Below, one piece after another: positions 56,044-64,000 of a stretch of 64,000 nt of DNA. Below the pieces are notes generated by a model. It worked only from the letters and a program-made list of their open reading frames with translations, had not been told where the DNA came from and searched no databases. The DNA is from an uncultured Nitrososphaerales archaeon (GTDB taxonomy: Archaea > Thermoproteota > Nitrososphaeria > Nitrososphaerales > Nitrososphaeraceae). The stretch is from positions 32,001 to 96,000 of the forward strand of contig CAVPXM010000061.1 of the NCBI GenBank assembly GCA_963709405.1, read 5' to 3'. Position 1 is the first letter of the stretch. Every line of letters starts with the position of its first letter. The position numbers were made by a program, and so were the translations under genes.

Positions 56044-57935
56044 TTATAACGATACAGGGCATGATTTACAATAAATATCTACTAGTTACTTTGTAGGGTG
56101 AGCAGTATCAACAGTAATGATGAATAACAAAGTGTATGCAGTTGTTGCCTTTCATGATGAAGATAGATGTACCTATAAACTATGTCGGGCAATGAGCAAG
56201 AAATGAGATTTATGGTAAAAAATTGAATGTTTGATTTGTTGTTATCCTAAATTGTACGCATCAGTGAAAGGTCATTTGTTTGTAACACTCTAGAGTTTGT
56301 TTAGGTGTATTGTATATCACTATTCAAGCACTGGGGTGAAGAAATGTGATAGCAACAGCCTAAAGAATGTAAATAGCCTAAAAAGCTAACAATACGGTCA
56401 TAGATAGAATAAGCTTGATATCAGATAGGACCGGTTAAGATCTTTTGGATTTAAGCCTTAATCGGCGTATTCATGAACTCTTGACTTACTTTGGCTTTTA
56501 AAATCAAGTGACAATACTATCAGGAGTGATTCTGAGCTCAGATTATTGAGTAGGTATGATCTTGGATCGCGAAATTAGGTAAACGTATATCTCATTCCAC
56601 AACACATGTAATGAAATATTTCTCTTGGGATTCGTTAGAAAGAAGAAAGTGAATCAAAATAACGCCTGAGTTACAGAAACAAAGGAGAACAAGATCACAA
56701 ATCACCTGCGAATATTCTGTATCTATGCTGCATGTCACCTGTAACAAGACAATATTATCTACACCATCTCAGAATAGATTTTCACGTCCTCGAGCTATGA
56801 AAGAGTATTCTGATTTATGCTCAATCAGAATCGCCCATATCTGCAATCCATTCCGTTACCTGTTCCTTTATCTTATAATGCTTCAGCTACAAATATCTGA
56901 TCTACAATTTATGAAACAATTCATGCGAGTAGAGTATGTTACTGATTTAACTATCGGCTGGGGCTGCGAGAACTCCTCTATCATACCCTTCACTCTATTT
57001 TTCGAATAGTAAGAATCTGCTCTGTACAAACTTTCGTTCCAAAGATAACGATTAGGACCGTCGACATAAACGGAAACAAATTTTCTGTTTCGTGGGGTCA
57101 AAAGTCGAATCCAGATCATTCTTATGATGCATGAAATAGTTGAAACGGTTGCCCTCGCATGTTTGTACTCATACAGTAGATGTAATTTAAGATCTCGACT
57201 ATGCGCAGGTAATTCTTGTTTCTTGGTAGCAATATTTAAAAAATACTTTTAATACATTCATATATTTGGGATCCACTGCTAAGTTCATTCACCGATTCGA
57301 CGATTAAATGCAATTATTCTAATGCTATGCAATCTTGTGTTTTCATTTCATTAAGCGCCACGATATCATATTCATGAGCAATGATTAACGGAATCAAATA
57401 TTGTATGACCATCAATGATTTTAATCCCTTTTAGTAAACCCAGTTTAGTTCCATAAGTAAGCTTTAGGGACAAATAAGAACTAGGAGATAGTACGTCTTA
57501 TGGTGAGAGAACTCACCTCTACTACAAACTCTAGAATAGTCTTATGCCACCAATGTCCCTGTCTATCACAACCTTTGTATTTCCATTTTTATTCTTCTGT
57601 CTTGACTTCTACTTCGATATTTCACCTATACATGTCTCTCAAGTTCAGGCTTAATTGTATCGATATGAATCGTAATACGAAATACATATAGGCTTCAAGT
57701 CTTAAGTAGAGTTAGATGAATAATAATGATAATGACGAAATTCCAGAAGATATAAATGCCCATAAACAAATTTGGGGCAAAAATGCAGACTCAAGTCATT
57801 TACGGAGGAGGGACAGCATCAGGTGAAGGACATAACACCGATGAGGATGAAGGGCGATGTCCTATATGTAATTCCCGGATCGATGAATTCGGATATTGTG
57901 GCTGTGGCGGGAAGTTAGGAGTTAATTAGTTAGCT

Positions 57936-59103
57936 GAGGCTTGGACATAATTGAATTCTATATTTTTCATATATTATTTGGTAACATATTAACTACATAA
58001 CATGTGTTTGATTGATTTTGGTCGTTGACTACGTCTGGTTTTATAATTGTAGTAGACAAGGATCTGATATAGTGGTACTGACAGAAGTGCTATTCCAGCA
58101 GCCTTATGGTAGCCTCTTACTGGTAATGGGTCTATTCTAAAAACAGATTTAATATGTTCTATTAGTGGTTCTATCGATTTACTTCTCCAAGAGTAAATAG
58201 CCTGTCCTAACTCAGATTCATAGAATTGTATCAGCTCAAGTCTGTCAGTAGGGGTATGTTCATATCTTTGTACTGGACATACCAGTTCAAATCCTCTTTT
58301 AGTACTCAAGCCATATAGTTTATGGTCGTCATACCCAGAATCGCCTATCATGAAACATGTTTCTGGAGACAGAGATGATGATGATATCATCGGATTGTAC
58401 ATTTGATTATCTTGTACATTAGCAGTTGTAAAATCTGCTGCTAATGGGACTATGACTGAACCAGTACTTGATATCATATGTAGTTTGTAACCAAATATCC
58501 ATCCTTTAGTATGGCTGAATCCCCATCTTGCGTCAGTATCTATGCCAGAACATGGTACTATACCTTTGTTCATAGATGATTTGTGCCAAACATGTCCTTT
58601 GGCTTTCAGTAAAGTACTATCTATTGCAACAATGTATGGATCTATCATCTTTTCGCATACAAACATGCAGGTCATGATAGTAATCCTTTTTTTGATGTCT
58701 GTGGATATGGTCTTAAGTCGTCTGTCAAATGTTCGCCTGTCTGGTATTTGGGTAAGACCACATCTTTTCATTATCTTCTTATTGTAAGGATAATCCAATT
58801 CTAGGAATTCATGTAATGCATTGTTAGAATCCAGTCTAAACCATAGCCTAACTATGAAACATCTCAGAATTACAGTGGGAGAATAAACATATGGTCTGCC
58901 CCTTCTTCCCTTTTGCGATTCTGACCACGGTATCGAACCTATCAAGTACAGAATACTAAAAAGAATAGATTCACATTTACTACCATATGCTATCCTTTGG
59001 GAATGTTTGATTATGTTTCATCACAAATTCAGACACTCAAAGGATAGCTTTATCCTAATTCATTATAGACATAAAATATGGATCTGGAATATGCCCAAGC
59101 CTC
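57936..59103 (-). mobile_element. DDE (DDE_Tnp_1; IS4/IS5/IS982-like) insertion sequence; transposase 57989..58945
   Basis: TIRs GAGGCTTGGACATA / GAGGCTTGGGCATA; near-TSD AGTTAGCT/AGTTAGTT; AIDST, GYKLH, GDSGYD and SIE motifs. Confidence 0.9.
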
Positions 59104-59299
59104 AGTTAGTTAATAGGCAATCTAACAAAAGTATTTTCATCCAAAATCGAATAGTATGGCAAATAGATTTAGCCAGATCTGGTGGGTTTGGAACAATCAA
59201 AATCAGGATATGTGCTCCCTCCAATACAAACAATTTGGATAGTTTCAATAGTATCAGGAGCTTCAGATATGGTGACAGTATCATCTCAACAGCCATATA

Positions 59300-59633
59300 A
59301 TGATGGATATAGTGCCGGCCGGCCAAGACTATGCAGACGGTGATTATAACAATTGTGATCGTAGTGATCACGGTTACGATACAGGCTGTCCAGACGATAA
59401 AGTGCATACTTATGACTTATGTGATGGGATATTCATTAGGTCATAAAGCTGAGTGGAATGGATTAGACGGTGAAACACCGACACAGGAGCCGCAAAGTCA
59501 GGTTCAAGTAGGATTCAATCCGCATACGGACGGTAGTAATAATACAATAAGCATAGCTCCTAAACAGAATCAATTGCAGTTTTCAAATAGGAAAACAGAT
59601 TCTGACTATCATGATAATAATAAGTATGGATGA
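59300..59633 (+). pseudogene. Fragment of a hypothetical secreted protein
   Basis: Alternative frame DHGYDTGCPDD..AYDLCDGY joins YSLGHKAEWN; fragmented. Confidence 0.35.
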
Positions 59634-59699
59634 TAAGAAATGAAATTCTCATTGTAGATGCCCGATAGAATCCAAAGCCTCCCAGTCATATGATAGCTA

Positions 59700-60876
59700 A
59701 GTGGAGTGTCTAAGTTTATGTCGTTATTCATTCATTACATAACGTAGATTTCGAAATAATTATAGCTTGGGACAAATCATATTTTCATTCTGTGAATCAT
59801 CGTTCCAAACTCATACTTACCATACTACAGAAGAACAAGTTAAAGTCATTTATGAAGAATACGAATAACAAAAAGGAATACCGCAGGTTACTGGCTATAC
59901 TCCAAAAAGTTGAAGGTAGATCTTATGAAGATATAGCAAATGAACACGGAGTCAGCAGCAGGTCTGTACAAAGGTGGATTGCTGCATACATTAAGAAAGG
60001 GATTGATGATGGAGTAAGGATGAAGAAACCTGGTGGATCGAAGTCCAGCATAACAGACGAAAACAAAGAGATTATTCTATCAGCATTGTTTAACGATCCA
60101 CATATCTTTGGTTATCTAAGGAATACATGGAGTCTAAGGTCGCTGGCAAGGTGTCTTACAGATGAGCTTGATATTCCAATCAGTTTCAAACATCTACAAA
60201 GAATAACTAAGGATATGGGAATTAGATGCAAAAGACCAAAATTGGAACTATTACATGGAGAGGATTATGAACAAGGGAAAAAGAGAGTGGATAACTACAA
60301 GCAAGTAGCATCAGCTCTGAAAAAAAGAGAGTTATAATGGCATTTGAAGATGAAACTACCATAACACAGAAACCTTGTATTCACAAGTCCATGAGTTTTG
60401 AAGGCGAGCAGCTGAAAATAGAACATAATGGAAGTAGAAGGAAGTTCTCCGCATATATATCCATGCTATGGCCTGAAGAGAAATTAATGACGTATGATTT
60501 CTATGATAGAATGAATTCTACGAGTACTATTGACCATCTGGAGAATCTCAAGAGAAACATTATGAAAAGTGATTGGTGGAAAAGACTCATACTCATATGG
60601 GATAACGCTTCATACCATGTAAGCCTAATGGTACGGAATTATATCAATGCACAGAAAGAAGAAGACTGGCTGACCATTATTCACCTACCAAAGAAAGCAC
60701 CATACCTAAATCCAAATGAAAGGAGAGTAAACCAGCAGATAAAATCAGATGTGTGTGCAAACAGATTTTATACGCAGATAGAAGAACAGAAAGCTGCAGT
60801 ATCAGGTTATCTAGAGAGTAGATTTGGAACTTGGAATGACGACAGACACTACGACACTTGACTTATACGGGCTACT
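59700..60876 (+). mobile_element. IS630-family element, full length (ORFs 59792..60337 and 60337..60861)
   Basis: TA duplication at 59698-59699 and 60877-60878; imperfect TIRs AGTGGAGTGTCTAAGT..TGTCGT / AGTAGCCCGTATAAGT..TGTCGT; FEDE, WDNASYH and PYLNPNE; A7 slippery run at the ORF junction. Confidence 0.93.
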
Positions 60877-61028
60877 TAGCCCTATCTGCAGAAGTGTGGC
60901 AGGGCTCGACGCGGCTTAGCATCAATAGTATATTCGGCAATGCAAACAAGTTGCATCTAGCACCTCCTTCCGAGTCAATGTCCGCGTAATTGGTTATCGT
61001 ATCTATCACCAACGCTGAGCTTCTTGCC

Positions 61029-61283
61029 ATGAGTTCCGCGCGACCAATTCGAGTCACTGCAATGCGCGGACGCATCAAACTGGGCCAATATGGCACAGGG
61101 AGCAAGAGCGAACGAGAAGCAGTGTTTATTGAAACTGCAGATGCCCGCTACATCTTGCGCCGTAAAACCGGACCTGTATTTAATGATACCATGCTAACGG
61201 AGTACGTGGGACATGAAGTCGACTGCGACGGCTTTCTGGTTGGCAAGACTCTTCTAGCAGAACGAATTGAGGTTGTGGACTAG
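61029..61283 (+). CDS. Small bacterial-like hypothetical protein
   Basis: GTGSKSEREAV..YILRR..VGHEVDCDG; GC-richer than the flanks; preceded by an orphan C-terminal fragment ending at 60989. Confidence 0.6.
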   Translation: MSSARPIRVTAMRGRIKLGQYGTGSKSEREAVFIETADARYILRRKTGPVFNDTMLTEYVGHEVDCDGFLVGKTLLAERIEVVD

Positions 61284-62369
61284 TGCGAGCTTGCCGTCTA
61301 AGGTTCTTAACGACAATCTTAATTGCTGATTGAGCGCAACACGTTATAGTGTCACATTGGTGAATAGCACTTGACATGAATAAATCATACGTGTTTGACT
61401 ACACCAATTCATACAAGATACGATATCGTATTGCATGGATAAATTTGAAGAGTTAAATAAACTCGTGTAGTCATTAGGATTTCTATCATAATACGGTAGT
61501 GAAGTAAAAACAAAAATGTATCATATCAAGATACGCGTTCGCGCACCCCGGATCGGTACCAACTTAGTTTGGCATTGTCTAGCTAGATCGTTTTAGGCAT
61601 ATATTATCAAAGAGTCGAAATCCATGCCTATTCTACTTCATCGTTATAAAAGTCTAAGAAAGTTAGGTAGATAGAGATAAGATCTGATGATAGGTCCATC
61701 CTCTTATTTCCATTCCCAAAGTTTATGGATGTAAGTATCTGATCCATATGCTTCATATTCATTTACTCTGAGATGATTAAGGAAGCCCTTAACTAGCCTC
61801 ATGATTTTACGAGACACTTGGATTAGTGGATATAAACATAAGTAATTACTGCTACCTGTTCACATCTTTACAATTTGAACGTGGCAACTTGTAATCAGTA
61901 AGTGAAAATTTGTTATGGAAAGACACATATTATATCGCTAGAGACCGCCACTGCGAAAACTCGCCACTCATGTGCATCTCTACTAAGGTTGTCATTGTTG
62001 TTGATCCTTTTGATGTGAACGACCCATCAATCTCCTCTGCAATAACAGGAATAATTAATGCCCATATCATTGCTTTAAAATACCTACTTGTTTGTTTATC
62101 TGTTGCCCTAAGGGTAAGTCTCAATCCTGAACTTCTTCAGATGTCAACTTTTTAATGTCTTTTATATCAGATGATTGGTTTGAGGTAGGATTCTTTAGCA
62201 GTATCGTCTGATCTGTAAAATTACTTGCTCACTAGCCTGATCATCTGTCACCGATGTTGCTCTTAATTTATCAATATTTGTTGAATAATCCAACATACCG
62301 ATGATAAGAATCAGAAGACTCAAGGAACATACAGATTTACTATGTCTAAATATACTCACCGCCGACTGT

Positions 62370-62784
62370 CATAGTAATATATTCCAATTATTTCAGTATT
62401 CCTCTCATTGGCTCTGCCAATCCTACTTCGGATAAATTGCAGAAAAACGTCTGAGCAGCTCCGGCTATTTCTTTGTCGAAGGGTGGGGAGAATAAGGAAG
62501 GTCACCTTGTCTACGGTTGCTTTCAAAGATGTCACTAACTTATCAAAGCTCGGGTCTATGGTGATGATCGTATTGCAGGAAGTTCGGGAAATGATATGCT
62601 CCATCATAATGCAGGGGAAGATATCGTACAAGGAGGTTTTGGAAATGACCAAATATTTGGAGGAGATGGTAATGATGTCCTTACAGGAGGCTCAGGGGCA
62701 GATCACTTTGATTGCGGTCCTGGAAGTAATAAAATCACAGACTTTCAGCCAGGTCTTGATACAAAGACAGCAGATCGTGAATAA
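62370..62784 (+). pseudogene. Hemolysin-type (RTX) Ca-binding repeat protein, degraded
   Basis: GSSGND, GGFGND, GGDGND and GGSGAD nonapeptides, FDCGPG..ITDF; upstream frame has stops. Confidence 0.8.
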
Positions 62785-62833
62785 ATAGATTGGACCAAAT
62801 AAATAAATAAATAAATTAAAGGATTTGTCTATA

Positions 62834-63493
62834 CTACATGGAAGGCTTTTTGTAATTTGAATCGTAATTGTCTTTTCTGATTTCTAGATTAGTATTATAA
62901 ATTCCACTGCTAGATCGAGGTCCAATATGTACAGTAAATGTCGCATGTCCATCTTTATCAGTATATGCCGTTTGAGTCGTCGTTTTGCCTATAGATGGGT
63001 TGGAATTTGGTGGTTCTATAGTCAACAGAACAAGTACATTAGAGATGGGCTGACCTGTATCCTTATCTCTAACAGCTACGGTCATGTACGTTGTATCACC
63101 TACCTTTACAGGGTCTTTTATTACTGAATAGTCCACAATAAACTGTTTCGAATTATTTGAAGATTTGCAATCAACGATTCCACTGAACAGAGGTGCAAAC
63201 TTTCCTCCAGCAATATTGTCAACAGTATTGCAAAAGCCCTTTCCATCTGAAGATATACTATTTTTACCATCAAAGGCAGCTGCTTTTCCATTTCCAGAAG
63301 TATCAATATTCACATCGGCTTTTGCAGTTTGGACGATAGTAGGTGAAAATGATAGTAATGGTAATGATGATGAGAATGTGGGCAACAATAACTGATTAGA
63401 CAGCAACATTGAAGATGATGATAAAGTTGCCACTGTCAAAACTGCAAGGAGACTAATAAGTAGAAATTTAGATTCTCTTTTCATAATCATCAC
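62834..63493 (-). CDS. Secreted protein with C-terminal Ig-like domain
   Basis: Signal peptide; VRDKDTGQPISNV..TDKDGHATF beta-sandwich motif. Confidence 0.7.
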   Translation of the reverse strand: MMIMKRESKFLLISLLAVLTVATLSSSSMLLSNQLLLPTFSSSLPLLSFSPTIVQTAKADVNIDTSGNGKAAAFDGKNSISSDGKGFCNTVDNIAGGKFAPLFSGIVDCKSSNNSKQFIVDYSVIKDPVKVGDTTYMTVAVRDKDTGQPISNVLVLLTIEPPNSNPSIGKTTTQTAYTDKDGHATFTVHIGPRSSSGIYNTNLEIRKDNYDSNYKKPSM

Positions 63494-63575
63494 ACTATAC
63501 TTGTCTATATCTGCTTACCTCCTCTTTATAATAATAGTTGATTTTTTGAAAAAATGTGATTATAGACGTTCTTTC

Positions 63576-63606
63576 CATCCCATTCCATCCCATTCCATCC
63601 CATTCC
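63576..63606 (+). repeat. Short tandem repeat (CATCCCATTC)x3
   Basis: CATCCCATTC CATCCCATTC CATCCCATTC. Confidence 0.85.
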
Positions 63607-63625
63607 CTAATCTTGCTCACAAACA

Positions 63626-63955
63626 TTATCTGCCAGTCTGCTGCCTGCACTGCCACCGGCTGCTGCCAGCTGCACTATCGCCAGCTGCTGCCTGCCGCTG
63701 CTGCACTATCGCCAGCTGCTGCTGCGGCTGCTGCACTATCGCCAGCTGCTGCTGCCGGCTGCTGCACTATCGCCACCGCTGCCTGCCTCGCCAGCTGCTG
63801 CCACTATTGCCATCATGATTATGATGGTTATGATGACCATAGTAATAGTAGTCTCTATGTGCAAACGCCGACTGCTGATCTGACATTGTTGTAGTAACTA
63901 GCAATAGAGCTATTGCAGCTATTCCAATTCCTGAAATAACATGAATTCGATTCAT
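63626..63955 (-). CDS. Small secreted His/Tyr-rich + (GDSAAAAAA)n repeat protein, frame broken by single-base insertions
   Basis: Signal peptide ending SAFA, then HRDYYYYGHHNHHNHD, then ~27-bp repeats GGCGATAGTGCAGCAGCCGCAGCAGCAGCT. Confidence 0.65.
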
Positions 63956-64000
63956 ATCTACATAAATGTATAATAGATTTTATTATACTAAGATTATGAA

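Noticed and set aside
9760-63395. Numerous 60-130 aa ORFs antisense to or overlapping recognised genes (e.g. 26896..27291, 44378..44764, 47621..47983, 52020..52331)
   Set aside because: Shadow ORFs with no motifs, fully explained by the opposite-strand gene.
63640-63810. CRISPR array or Cys-rich metallothionein (plus-strand ORFs 63501..63818 and 63556..63894)
   Set aside because: The repeats are tandem without unique spacers and there are no cas genes; the Cys/Ala plus-strand ORFs are antisense shadows of the signal-peptide gene on the minus strand.

Overview
AT-rich window from an ammonia-oxidising archaeon of the Nitrososphaeraceae type. This is inferred from archaeal Hsp20, ArnR1-like wHTH, pyruvoyl arginine decarboxylase, cupredoxin, YncE and P-II paralogues, and lineage-typical secreted proteins. 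Bases 1-44 kb and 56-64 kb are a decaying accessory region with many gene fragments and IS elements (IS6, IS5, IS630 and an IS4/IS982-like element). The region also holds a Rieske-MhqO-MhqD aromatic/quinone module and an arsM-arsC-aquaporin arsenic operon with a divergent HxlR regulator and a partial inverted duplicate. An XPB/Rad25-like helicase is split by four insertions. Bases 44-56 kb look like more conserved core (dienelactone hydrolase, threonine dehydratase, Hsp20, orphan DNA methyltransferase, DUF892, beta-hydroxyacid dehydrogenase). Signals not explained by genes include a helically phased TTAYCAT array upstream of an HTH/coiled-coil gene, a probable group II intron domain-I remnant followed by two GC-rich hairpins, recurrent 4-bp tandem duplications, and a secreted His/Tyr + (GDSAAAAAA)n repeat peptide. 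No rRNA, intact tRNA or CRISPR array was seen. Many single-base frameshifts may be assembly errors. All family calls are from motif recognition, not database searches.
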